Notes: generated by a model not told the origin, from the sequence alone. Positions 8,252 to 17,292 are shown, numbered from the stretch's first letter. The stretch is 23,002 bases of DNA from a virus (IMGVR_UViG_2740892209_000015), one strand, 5' to 3'. Translations and numbers: made by a program.

Positions 8252-8650
8252 GTGAATCAATTGAAGCGATTGGTTGTCTCCGGTTTATTATTTGCTTCTT
8301 TTGGAGCGAACGCTGAATGCTGGATTATTGGTGATCTGAAAGGACAAGAAGCCTCAAGTTCAGATGGGTATAACTATAAGTTATCATCTATACCAGATAC
8401 CTTTCATTTGGTAATAAGTAAAGAGAAGGCGGATCTTATCTTGGCAAAAGATGGTATAGGTGGAGGTATTGATTATTACCCGCTATCTCCGAATGCCATG
8501 ATGGGAAGAAGCTATCGAGATGGTCAACTGACGCTTGTCACATGGGCAATCTCAAATGACGGAAAAGTGATCCATACACGAACAATTAGTCGATCTGATA
8601 TAGGCTCATTTACAGGCTCATTTGTCGGCAATGTTAAAGGCAAGTGTTAA
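8252..8650 (+). CDS. Secreted/periplasmic protein with N-terminal signal peptide (132 aa, GTG start)
   Basis: AGGGAGGG RBS 5 nt before GTG at 8252. N-terminus KRLVVSGLLFASFGANA followed by a polar mature region. AT-rich. Convergent with the 701-aa gene. Confidence 0.55.
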   Translation: MNQLKRLVVSGLLFASFGANAECWIIGDLKGQEASSSDGYNYKLSSIPDTFHLVISKEKADLILAKDGIGGGIDYYPLSPNAMMGRSYRDGQLTLVTWAISNDGKVIHTRTISRSDIGSFTGSFVGNVKGKC

Positions 8651-8711
8651 TGTTCATAACTATTTGAAAAAATACTAATTACTATTATAACCAACCATCC
8701 ATGGCCATCTG

Positions 8712-10817
8712 TTATTGAGCTTCCTTTTGCGATGCTTGTGCTGCTGTGGTCAGTGATTGTGTGACCGTACTGATCGCTCTGTCATATGCTGTGCTACCTT
8801 TTGGCGTATTTGCCAGACGTAACAAGGCATTTCGTATAACAGGGCTTTCGTATGCCTTCGCTGCTCCGCCTACGACACCAGCAGCAGGAACAACAAACGC
8901 AGCCGTTTTTAGCATCCCCGCTAATACTGCTGCGTTTATGATGCCACCACCAACTAACAATCCATAAAGCTGCTGACCATTTAAGTTTTGAACGTTCGCT
9001 TTTGCCGCGTGTCTTGTATCGTTGAGGTATTTAATAACGCCGTCCAGTTCCTTTCCATGTATGCCTTTAAAGAAAGTTGCTGATTGCTTCCTGTTCCGGT
9101 GTAACGCATTAATAAACTTCTCAACACTGATATTTCCAGACGGATCAGTCGCCTTATCTACAGCATTCTGAACTATGGCTGCTCGTGCGTTTTGCCTACC
9201 ATTGTCATCCAGAAGCCTGTAAAGCTGAGAACGTTCTGATGGGCTTTGGCTAAAAACAAGTTTTGTTACATCCTCAGGCGTGGCCTTGCCGCTGGCTATT
9301 GCCTTTTGAACGCGCGTTCTTCCCATCATGTCATTGAATTTAGACCATGAGCGATCAACCCTTGCCATATTAATAGCTTCGTCTGCTCCAAGATTTTTGG
9401 CTACGGCTTTTTTCATATCCGCCGTATATGCCTTGTAGATAATATCGCTGGCTTTCTGGAGCGTATCTTTATCAACAGTGTCAGATGACGCCATAAATCG
9501 CTTTCGAAGATCGGTTCTGTTTTCCCTCGCCAGACGCAGGTCATTTGGTCCGCTGGTGATATCGTCTTTAAATTGCTGCAAGACTTTTACCGCGGCTCTA
9601 TCCTGAGATTTGCCCGGGCGGCTTAACACGGCAATCTGATTGTCGATAGCTTTTACCGTGTTTGAGAGATCGACAGGGGTATCCCCCATAGCGTCAATTA
9701 TGCGGTTATATCGCTTTCCTGCTGCCTCAATGAATTTTTGTTGCCCTTTAGTCGCAGATTCATAAAGCTGTTTATCAGAAATGCCACCCAGACCATCGCT
9801 AAATGTTCTGACTAAATTTTCTCGTGCTTGTTGTTGATTCAGCCGATTCTTACCGGTTCCAAAAAAAGGAACTCTTTCGCCTAATGTCTGAGCCTGACTC
9901 TGCATAAAGGTTTTATCTTTCAGCATGTCACTGGTCATTAACGGCAGATTTCTTTCCGATGCAAAGTCGACAGCAGCCTTTGCTTCAGGCGACATATCAC
10001 CACGAACAGCCCTCGAAACCGCACTCGCTGTATTTTCCAGCCCCTTACCAATACCACCAATGCCAGCAGAAATTACCGTTTGTAACGGATCAATATCTTC
10101 TCCACCAGCGAGGCTGGTGGCTCCCTGTAGTGCTAAATCTGTAGCTGCTGATTTCCCTATGGCCCCCAGCACCGTTCCGGCCCTGCCCGCTGGTGTAAAC
10201 GCCAGCGCATTAGCCAGAAACGATGCCACGTCTTGCGGCGATAAACCCGGCTTGTTCAGAGCATAATCACCGGATGGCAGGGAAACGATAGTGTTACCCT
10301 TCTCATCCTGCCTTAATTTCGCTCCCATGCTCTGAAGAATCTTTTCCTGAGATGCGTCAGAGCCGAAAAGTTGAGACCATCGAGCTTTTAGAGCATCCAT
10401 GCTGAGTGAGGTTAACTCTGGGGCAAGGTCGACATTTTGCAGTCTCTCCATCTCTGGAGTCATTCGGCTTTCGCCTGTTATAGCATCGCGCATCGCAGCC
10501 CCAAGACTGGCTCCCTGTTCTGCTGAACGCTCAAGCCCCTCTCTTTGCTGAGTAGCTAACTTTGCATACCCTGACGCAATAGAATTATCAGATGATGTAT
10601 GTTGAATATTTTGAGTTGCTGATTGGGATCGGTCTATTTCATTCGTTGATGGTAGTGGATAGGCAGCATAAAAAGCCTGCTTAGCCTGCTCTACACTTTC
10701 TCCGGCTTGCGGGGCAACGACTTCATTGAAGTATTGCTCCTGAGCCTGCGCTTTTTGTTCTGGTGCTAACGCCTGATACTGTGGAGAGGCGATAACATCT
10801 TTCCATGCTTTAGCCAT
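8712..10817 (-). CDS. Large uncharacterised protein (701 aa); A/Q/K-rich, predicted helical, C-terminal hydrophobic hairpin
   Basis: Long ORF with GGGGTGA RBS, start overlapping the upstream stop (TAATG). Two adjacent hydrophobic stretches near the C-terminus (LYGLLVGGGIINAAVLAGML / AAFVVPAAGVVGGAA). No domain recognised. Confidence 0.8.
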   Translation of the reverse strand: MAKAWKDVIASPQYQALAPEQKAQAQEQYFNEVVAPQAGESVEQAKQAFYAAYPLPSTNEIDRSQSATQNIQHTSSDNSIASGYAKLATQQREGLERSAEQGASLGAAMRDAITGESRMTPEMERLQNVDLAPELTSLSMDALKARWSQLFGSDASQEKILQSMGAKLRQDEKGNTIVSLPSGDYALNKPGLSPQDVASFLANALAFTPAGRAGTVLGAIGKSAATDLALQGATSLAGGEDIDPLQTVISAGIGGIGKGLENTASAVSRAVRGDMSPEAKAAVDFASERNLPLMTSDMLKDKTFMQSQAQTLGERVPFFGTGKNRLNQQQARENLVRTFSDGLGGISDKQLYESATKGQQKFIEAAGKRYNRIIDAMGDTPVDLSNTVKAIDNQIAVLSRPGKSQDRAAVKVLQQFKDDITSGPNDLRLARENRTDLRKRFMASSDTVDKDTLQKASDIIYKAYTADMKKAVAKNLGADEAINMARVDRSWSKFNDMMGRTRVQKAIASGKATPEDVTKLVFSQSPSERSQLYRLLDDNGRQNARAAIVQNAVDKATDPSGNISVEKFINALHRNRKQSATFFKGIHGKELDGVIKYLNDTRHAAKANVQNLNGQQLYGLLVGGGIINAAVLAGMLKTAAFVVPAAGVVGGAAKAYESPVIRNALLRLANTPKGSTAYDRAISTVTQSLTTAAQASQKEAQ

Positions 10818-12283
10818 TAATCACCCCATAGTGAAGAAAAGTTACTGCTGGCTGCTGGCTGTGATACCTGCTCAGATTGCGGCAATGTCTGCGACGAAGA
10901 AGAAGTTCCTCTGTCAACTGCTGAAATAACCCGCAAAGCATCATAAGTTCGACCAGAAGCAGCTTTCAGCGAATTGAACTGGTTTTCCATCTTCCGGCGC
11001 TTGGTATCAATGGTTTTTGTGGAGTCGCCAGGCTGAGGGAAATACATTTGATAATATTTTGACATTTCAGCAGGTGCGATAGCTGCCCCTGTTTCCTGAC
11101 GGAGTATTGCCATTATTGCGTCATTAGCATTAACAACGTATTGCTGCTCTGCTGGGCTGAGCGTTAAGTTAGCCAGCGTCCCATTACCCAAAGCATTATT
11201 AATGATCGCCACTCGCTGTGGGCTAAGCTGGTCTTTCAGTGTATCTATTGAATCAAGAGCATCCCTAACCCTGTATGCAAATCCAGCAGCTTTTTTAGCC
11301 CCTTCTGGCGACTTTTCCATGATCTTTTGGGCTGTTGGCAAAGCTATTGGACGAAACCCATCTCCAGATATTGGCTGGTTTAGTTTTCCCTGCTCTTCAC
11401 TTCCGTCTGTGTAGTATTTTGTGACAGTGCCATCATCGTTTTCTCTAACACTCATTAATTTTTTGGTGTTTGTATTAATTCCAGCCGCTGCCGCAAATGC
11501 CGCCGCCCCCTCTGGATCAGCCTTTAACATTTGCGCGTACTGATTGTAATTCTGCATTGCTGCTGTTGGTGCATATGCTGACGTTAACGCATTTGCTCGG
11601 CTAATATCCTGCCCTCTCGCCTGAAGTGCTTCACCAGCTTTATTGCTGCGAATCGTCTCTGCCAACTCGCCACGCTCAATATCCCGACCCTCCATTCGAT
11701 CTTTGATATCGAAGTACTTCTCATGACCGAGAGAAAACAGCGCCAGATTACCTGCGAAATGCTGGAAGCCCTGCGGGTCATTAACCTGCATTTCAGCAAT
11801 AGTTTCTGGAGGGATACCTAAACGACGCATCTCCTGCTCATTATCCATCATGAACCTGCCAAATGCGCCCGGACCAAGCGATGAGGCTACCTGTGCTTTA
11901 AGCGCCAGATTGCCATAATCATCCCTTTGAGCATCATCGACATAACTCATCCCTTTACGGACTTCCTCAAACTCTTCGGGGAATGCTGTAATAAGATTAC
12001 GCATCTGCTCCCTGTCGCCGGACGCATAAGCATCTGCATAACCTTTCTGGAATGCCGCTTTACGCTCCTGCTGTTGCTGCTGCTTATAAATGTCAGCAAC
12101 TCCAGCCAGACCACGAAGGCCTGTCAGAGCAACGTTATTTGCACCTGATCGAGCCAGTTCATTGTTTTCGCGGATCAGACCAAGCGTTGCGTTAATGTCG
12201 CTTGCCTTTGGCGCATTCTCGTTTTGCGCACCAATGCCAGCCAGAAAACCACCAGAATTAATACCCTGTTGCCACGTAGCCAT
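10817..12283 (-). CDS. Large uncharacterised protein (~488 aa); poly-Q stretch, A/G/Q-rich
   Basis: Long ORF. ATG at 12283 is 4 nt after the stop of the 57-aa ORF; the track's GTG at 12295 is the alternative start. No domain recognised. Confidence 0.75.
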   Translation of the reverse strand: MATWQQGINSGGFLAGIGAQNENAPKASDINATLGLIRENNELARSGANNVALTGLRGLAGVADIYKQQQQQERKAAFQKGYADAYASGDREQMRNLITAFPEEFEEVRKGMSYVDDAQRDDYGNLALKAQVASSLGPGAFGRFMMDNEQEMRRLGIPPETIAEMQVNDPQGFQHFAGNLALFSLGHEKYFDIKDRMEGRDIERGELAETIRSNKAGEALQARGQDISRANALTSAYAPTAAMQNYNQYAQMLKADPEGAAAFAAAAGINTNTKKLMSVRENDDGTVTKYYTDGSEEQGKLNQPISGDGFRPIALPTAQKIMEKSPEGAKKAAGFAYRVRDALDSIDTLKDQLSPQRVAIINNALGNGTLANLTLSPAEQQYVVNANDAIMAILRQETGAAIAPAEMSKYYQMYFPQPGDSTKTIDTKRRKMENQFNSLKAASGRTYDALRVISAVDRGTSSSSQTLPQSEQVSQPAASSNFSSLWGD

Positions 12284-12287
12284 AAAT

Positions 12288-12461
12288 TTACCCACGTCCA
12301 GTTAAAGTGTAAGCCAGCGCCTTATCCATTAATCCCCGAGCAATTTCGTGGATCGTTGGCGCAACTCCTACCTCTGATTTTTTACGCTGCTCCTCCTGAA
12401 TTTTCTTTATCGCTTCCATTTGCTTCTCACTTATCAATACCGGCTTTACTGAAATAGCCAT
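12288..12461 (-). CDS. Small protein (57 aa), possible RHH-like DNA-binding protein; first gene of the operon
   Basis: Below the ORF-track size cutoff; found manually. AAGGGGG RBS 5 nt upstream of the ATG. Sequence MAISVKPVLISEKQMEAIKKIQEEQRKKSEVGVAPTIHEIARGLMDKALAYTLTGRG. Confidence 0.5.
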   Translation of the reverse strand: MAISVKPVLISEKQMEAIKKIQEEQRKKSEVGVAPTIHEIARGLMDKALAYTLTGRG

Positions 12462-12475
12462 AACGCCCCCTTAGA

Positions 12476-12495
12476 ACTGTATAAAACAACAGTTA
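12476..12495. promoter_or_regulatory. LexA-box-like palindrome (CTGT-N8-ACAG) overlapping a TATAAT -10 element upstream of the 57/488/701 operon
   Basis: AACTGTATAAAACAACAGTT on the plus strand. The minus-strand TATAAT (plus 12495-12500) lies directly adjacent, about 35 nt upstream of the ATG. Confidence 0.45.
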
Positions 12496-12554
12496 TTATA
12501 GTTTCACAAATCGCAATATTCATCATCGTAATTGCAAAATATGAAACAAACAGC

Positions 12555-12590
12555 ACAAAAAAATGCCACCGCTCAGTAGCTGGTGGCATC
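12555..12590 (-). terminator. Rho-independent terminator (minus strand) between the iteron cluster and the cargo operon
   Basis: Plus strand shows an A7 run followed by hairpin TGCCACC-N11-GGTGGCA. On the minus strand this is a GC-rich hairpin followed by a U-run. Confidence 0.55.
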
Positions 12591-12904
12591 GTTCTGTGTG
12601 TCAGGTTTTGACAGGTTTTTTATGGACTCTAAAAACTATATTTATGGTGTCGCATTACTCTTCACGGCAGGCGCTTTTCAGTTCTGCCCTTGCTTCTGGC
12701 TCCATTGGTAATTTGATTCGCGATCAGCTATGCGGATGGTTTGCTGAACAGGCATAACAACTTCTCAGGGGCTGTTTTCTGAACTACGAAAATTTCGTAT
12801 TGCTCACTTTCAAAACGTCACGCCCTTGTACACAGGATTTTACGAAAGTCTCGTAAAACACTCTCTGATGCCAGCCAGGTGTTGTGCGCATCAATTCAGT
12901 CACA

Positions 12905-13026
12905 TTGTGTTGGTTCAAAATACCGTGTTGTTGGTTCAGTGTTGGTTCAATAAAAAGAATAAAATCCTTATAAAACAATACTCTTTACAAATTGAACCAA
13001 CTGAACCAACTGAACCAACACCTTTT
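12905..13026. repeat. Iteron cluster R (origin-like), inverted copy of cluster L; 22 nt downstream of the primase stop
   Basis: 12982-13026 is a perfect 45-bp inverted repeat of 6741-6785. Additional GTTGGTTCA copies at about 12908, 12930 and 12941; AT-rich core between. Confidence 0.85.
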
Positions 13027-13044
13027 CTACGCACATGAATAAGC

Positions 13045-15801
13045 TCATTCTTCAGATGAGTTGTAATCTCCTGGCTGGTAATTGAGTACATAAACGTTTA
13101 TTTGTCGTCCCTGAATACGTGGTGATTTTCTTTGGTATCCACGACCGCTGTTTGGTGGGGTTAGCATCCCGGCTTTTTTCAACACTTCAGCAAACTGTTT
13201 TGCGTTGAAACCACATGCGATCTCCTTTTCAAATGTGGCCGGGAATGTGTAGAAAATCATTGGACTTTCGTCATGTTCTCCACGCTGACGGTATCCGGCT
13301 AAATCTTTGATGGGCAAATCTGCCGGGCTGTATGGAAATGGTGCAAAACGGCTAAGCCCATAGGCATTAAGAAATGCCTCCGTTTGTTCAATAATCTGCT
13401 GATGCTCTTTGTTACCTGTGCCGAACTCGCGCAACCATGCGTTATAGCTGTGCTGTATCGCATCACGGCATGTCTGAGCATCCCAGCCTGTTACAACCTC
13501 GCCTAACAACAATGCGGCCTCCAGAATGGCAAATCGCGCGGCTACACGGTGAACCTGCTCACCATAATCGGATGGGATCAGGCTTCTCCATCTGCTTTCG
13601 CAATCACGAACAGTTTTAATAGCCTGTTGCTGGTGGTCTGCCAGCCATTTAATCCACTCACGCCCGGCTGCGCCATGGTGATGCTGGTAAGCGTCTTTCA
13701 GTGCGTCTGCGTGCTGTTTTCCGTTCTGGTAATCGTGAAAGCGTACTGCTTTACTCAACGGAATATTCAGCAGTCGCACCAGTTGCCCGGCTTTGGTTTT
13801 TCGCCCGGAAGTAGCGATAAATGTTTCTAAATCCATTTCTCCGGTGCTGATTGCCACTGTACGCCAGCGTTTTAGATCCCGGTTTCCACCATCTTTAGCG
13901 CCTTGCAGTTTCCCTACACCGTTAAATAACGCATAGGCAGACTGTGAAACGCTGACAGGATCAGCGCCCTGACCAACTTCATCAAGCGGCATTAATCCGT
14001 CATTGTGGGCGGCGGCCTCATTTGCCAGCCCCAGCGCGGTTCCGTACCACGTCAGCCGCAGTAAATCAGGGTTGCCGTATAAGCTGCTCGCCACGTTTGC
14101 CGTGGTGGTCTTACCCGCGCTCGACTGCTCATAGAAATGAATGCCGAACCCGTCAGCGCCCACCAGCCCAATCAATGGCGCTGCCAGTGCTGCGCCGATC
14201 CCGGTCATCATTGAATAGTTACCAAAGGCCAGACGCGCCACGTTATCACGCCAGCTTTTCGCGCTCCCTGAGACGGTATATCCGGCTGCGGCTGAGCTTC
14301 TCCCGCTGAACAGCACAGGATTTTCAGGTGTTCCGATGATTTCCCCATCAGGCATGATGTACGCTCCGCATTGCCAGCCAGTGGCATGAGCAACACGCCA
14401 CAATTCACGAGAGCCACTGCGTTGTAGCCAGTCTGCCAGTATTGCTCTGAGGCTGCTTTTGGTCGTGACATTTACCCCACCAGCTTTAAGTGTGCGCCAT
14501 CCTTCACGTTCACCAATATCAGCCAGTGGAATGGCAGCGGTTGTCGGCGTTTCAGAACCAAACGACAGCCAGCGAAGAATGAGATACTGGTCTTTATCGT
14601 CTCTGCCAGTACCGATAACGCTTAACGGAGAACATAACCAGCTTTCGTTATTGATGATTTCTCCACTCTGGCTGTCAGCTCTCGGAGATACCCAATAAAT
14701 ACCATCCTCGCGGCTTTCTATTCTTGGTTTCAGTGGGTCGGTATCCATAACCTTAAAATCGCTTCCCTCAATGGTCTGTGGCTCCTGTTTCACGCCATTA
14801 CCCTGTGGTTGGTACATTGACTTATTGAACGCTTCTGTGGCGCATTTAATGCCGTGTTTTTGGTGGTAATCATTCCAGTCTGCTTTGTGATCTGTCGGGG
14901 GTAATGCCACCCATCCAGAAACAGATAAAGCTGCTTTTTCTGCTGCTATTCTCCCCGTGTTTTGTCTTCCTTCGCTGTGGTCGTTATCCGCAGCAATGAT
15001 GATTTGTGCTGAAGGAAATTTATCCCGCAGTACCTGGGCGACATATAACAGGTTCCCGGCATCAATCGCCGCCACTGTCAGCGCCTCTGGACGAATTAAA
15101 TGGACAGATAATGCCGTTGCCAGCCCTTCTGCGATTAAGATGCTCTGTGTTGTTTCTGGTGCGTTTATGGCGTGATATGCCCCTCGCTTTGCTGAACCTG
15201 TCAGGAGTCTTTTTTCACCATGTGAGGTAATAGTCTGTGCTGCTGTGACTGCGCCGGATTTATCCACCAGCGCCAGCAACAGAGATCCATCGGGCAACAC
15301 GGGGAATGTAAAATCACCTACCCCTTTCGCAACCAGATAATCAGATTTGCCGTTTACAGCCTTTCTGCGCATGTCATCAAACTGACGGGAAAACGTATCC
15401 CGTCTTTGTTGTTCGTCCTTCTCTGCCCTTTTCAGGCGCTCCTGTTCGCGTCGCTGGCGCTCGGTTTCCAGTTGTTCCCGTTTCTGGCTGGTGGCTTCTG
15501 GTGTTTCCGTTGTCCGGTAATCAATACCCAGAACATCAGCGGCAAGAAGCGCCGCCTCTGTTGTGTCGCAGTTATTTACGCGTTTAATTAAATCCAGCCC
15601 ATCACCAGCGCCGCACTGATTACAGATGAAGCTACCGCGCCCGTTGTCATCGAACCGGAATCGATCTTTGCCCCCACATGCAGGGCAGGGAGCATGACGG
15701 CGCGGAGAGTCAGGGACATTTATGTTCAGGCAGCCCAGCACATGAGGCCAGTTGTTTTCAGACGCACTGATAACCTGACGGATAAGATCAATGTTTCGCA
15801 T
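13045..15801 (-). CDS. Replicative primase / replication initiation protein (918 aa): N-terminal zinc ribbon, TOPRIM-like domain, C-terminal NTPase-like region; P4 alpha / PICI Pri-Rep analogue
   Basis: CPACGG...CNQCG zinc ribbon. TOPRIM-like acidic motifs (LIAEGLATA; IIAADNDHSEG). ACGGGGG RBS. Iteron cluster lies immediately 3' of the gene. Confidence 0.8.
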   Translation of the reverse strand: MRNIDLIRQVISASENNWPHVLGCLNINVPDSPRRHAPCPACGGKDRFRFDDNGRGSFICNQCGAGDGLDLIKRVNNCDTTEAALLAADVLGIDYRTTETPEATSQKREQLETERQRREQERLKRAEKDEQQRRDTFSRQFDDMRRKAVNGKSDYLVAKGVGDFTFPVLPDGSLLLALVDKSGAVTAAQTITSHGEKRLLTGSAKRGAYHAINAPETTQSILIAEGLATALSVHLIRPEALTVAAIDAGNLLYVAQVLRDKFPSAQIIIAADNDHSEGRQNTGRIAAEKAALSVSGWVALPPTDHKADWNDYHQKHGIKCATEAFNKSMYQPQGNGVKQEPQTIEGSDFKVMDTDPLKPRIESREDGIYWVSPRADSQSGEIINNESWLCSPLSVIGTGRDDKDQYLILRWLSFGSETPTTAAIPLADIGEREGWRTLKAGGVNVTTKSSLRAILADWLQRSGSRELWRVAHATGWQCGAYIMPDGEIIGTPENPVLFSGRSSAAAGYTVSGSAKSWRDNVARLAFGNYSMMTGIGAALAAPLIGLVGADGFGIHFYEQSSAGKTTTANVASSLYGNPDLLRLTWYGTALGLANEAAAHNDGLMPLDEVGQGADPVSVSQSAYALFNGVGKLQGAKDGGNRDLKRWRTVAISTGEMDLETFIATSGRKTKAGQLVRLLNIPLSKAVRFHDYQNGKQHADALKDAYQHHHGAAGREWIKWLADHQQQAIKTVRDCESRWRSLIPSDYGEQVHRVAARFAILEAALLLGEVVTGWDAQTCRDAIQHSYNAWLREFGTGNKEHQQIIEQTEAFLNAYGLSRFAPFPYSPADLPIKDLAGYRQRGEHDESPMIFYTFPATFEKEIACGFNAKQFAEVLKKAGMLTPPNSGRGYQRKSPRIQGRQINVYVLNYQPGDYNSSEE

Positions 15802-15813
15802 TCTGGCCCCCGT

Positions 15814-16416
15814 TTAGTGCGTCACTGGTGCTTCTGGGATGCCGTTTTCGTTTAGTTCGGCAATAAAGCTGTTGTGAAGATCGGCAAGCACTTCTCGCCC
15901 AAACGAAGTGAGTGTTCCCTGTTCAACATCGAACATGTTGCTGTAAAAAATGATGGCATTCTTTGTTCCGACATCAACACCATATTTCTCGATCATTGCG
16001 CCCTCAATGTTGTTTGCCATAGCGAGGCGCTCTGCTACTGGATACAGCGGCATGGCGACGATGCCATTGGAATAAACAGAAACCACGGAATGATTGCCAC
16101 TGTCATCAATAATGCTGACGGTGCCGTTTTCCTTTCTCATTTCATTGATGAATGCTGTTGCTATCAGCCAGCGCCACATAATCACGTGATGCTGTGATGT
16201 GTAATCGAAATATCCCTGGTTGCCGCCACTGGCAATAGCGAGATGTATAAACATGCCTTCATCTGGTTTATCGTCATAATCCCCGGCATCCAGACGATTT
16301 ACGGCATCAATATATGAGACGGTCTCAACGCGTTCTGTCATGCCATCGTTGCTGCGGTACATGATGTTTACGCCGTCAGGCGTTGCTTCTGCATGGAAAG
16401 TTAAGAAATTATTCAT
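15814..16416 (-). CDS. Hypothetical protein (200 aa from the internal ATG)
   Basis: ATG at 16416 overlaps the upstream stop by 8 nt; RBS-like GAGG upstream. The track's longer N-terminal extension lacks an RBS. Confidence 0.55.
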   Translation of the reverse strand: MNNFLTFHAEATPDGVNIMYRSNDGMTERVETVSYIDAVNRLDAGDYDDKPDEGMFIHLAIASGGNQGYFDYTSQHHVIMWRWLIATAFINEMRKENGTVSIIDDSGNHSVVSVYSNGIVAMPLYPVAERLAMANNIEGAMIEKYGVDVGTKNAIIFYSNMFDVEQGTLTSFGREVLADLHNSFIAELNENGIPEAPVTH

Positions 16417-16630
16417 GTTTCGCCTCGCCTGAATGATTCTGTAACTCATATTTGCCCAACAATTCGTCCGCTTCCTGAATAGCTTCTGGTACGCCATTGA
16501 GCAGTGACATAACCGCGCCAATCATTAACTTGTCTCTGTTGCTGGGGCTGGCCCCTTCAAGCCAGAACCCTAAAACAGTCTGAACCTGTTCGATGCGACA
16601 TTGCGCTTCAATGAGCTGGATGTTGGTCAT
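16409..16630 (-). CDS. Hypothetical small protein (73 aa)
   Basis: GGAGAG RBS; ATGA start/stop overlap with the upstream gene. Confidence 0.55.
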   Translation of the reverse strand: MTNIQLIEAQCRIEQVQTVLGFWLEGASPSNRDKLMIGAVMSLLNGVPEAIQEADELLGKYELQNHSGEAKHE

Positions 16631-16890
16631 TTCGCACTCTCCACATCGATTAAACCGAGATCTATCAGGGAGGTAACTTTTTGTAGCCAGCTATTGATTA
16701 CTGTCGCCTGTTCCCCTCCCACCGAGGGAACAATCTCATTCATCACATGAACCAGACCTGTGCGCGCTCTGGTAAGCCGTTCAGTCGCGCAATCTGCGGG
16801 AGTGAATGTGTCTGGATATGGCTCTTCACGGCTCAGCAATGATTCAATTTCCAGCTCACACGGATGACGATAAATTAAGTTGATATTCAT
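16627..16890 (-). CDS. Hypothetical small protein (87 aa)
   Basis: GGGGGTGA RBS; ATGA overlap with the upstream gene. Confidence 0.55.
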   Translation of the reverse strand: MNINLIYRHPCELEIESLLSREEPYPDTFTPADCATERLTRARTGLVHVMNEIVPSVGGEQATVINSWLQKVTSLIDLGLIDVESAK

Positions 16891-17081
16891 TTTTCACCCC
16901 CAAGAATTACCAGCTCGGCACGGGCATCGTTAACCAAAGATGAGCACGCTTTAATCGCATCCACGACATCAGCAGCGTCCATTTCTTCAGCCGAAAGACT
17001 GACAGCAACCAGGACAGCCGCTGCTTGCTCGATTAATTGAAGTGCGGACGTAAGGCGAGGGGTATTAATTGAGTTATTCAT
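16887..17081 (-). CDS. Hypothetical small protein (64 aa from the internal ATG)
   Basis: ATG at 17081 with ACGGGGG RBS, overlapping the upstream stop by 8 nt. Confidence 0.5.
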   Translation of the reverse strand: MNNSINTPRLTSALQLIEQAAAVLVAVSLSAEEMDAADVVDAIKACSSLVNDARAELVILGGEK

Positions 17082-17292
17082 TGGTTGCCCCCGTTTTGCA
17101 TGGCATTTGTCCACCTTCCAGCAGGAAATGAACGTCACGAACGGCGAGATCCAATATCGCGAGTAACGCCTTCAGTCTTTCGTCTCGTGAGGGAGAGTTG
17201 CTCACCAGAATGTCGTTAATCACTTCTGTCAGTGTGATGATCTGGCTTGTGCGTTCGAGGGGATCCATATGCACATCGTAGGTTTTAATCAT
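17074..17292 (-). CDS. Hypothetical small protein (72 aa)
   Basis: ATG at 17292 preceded by GGAGGTGG, overlapping the stop of the 64-aa ORF (ATGATTAA). In frame with the long 342-aa track ORF but most likely an independent gene. Confidence 0.5.
   Translation of the reverse strand: MIKTYDVHMDPLERTSQIITLTEVINDILVSNSPSRDERLKALLAILDLAVRDVHFLLEGGQMPCKTGATNE

Noticed and set aside
8746-12305. Plus-strand ORFs inside the 701-aa and 488-aa genes (8746-8967, 9925-10266, 9959-10144, 11202-11414, 11927-12148, 12090-12305)
   Set aside because: Opposite-strand shadows of long, well-supported minus-strand genes.
6741-13026. Inverted repeats as transposon terminal inverted repeats
   Set aside because: No transposase or recombinase inside, no flanking target-site duplication, and the internal tandem 9-mers with an AT-rich core fit iteron origins better.
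13299-15591. Short ORFs on both strands inside the primase gene
   Set aside because: Nested within a 918-aa gene that has clear primase motifs.
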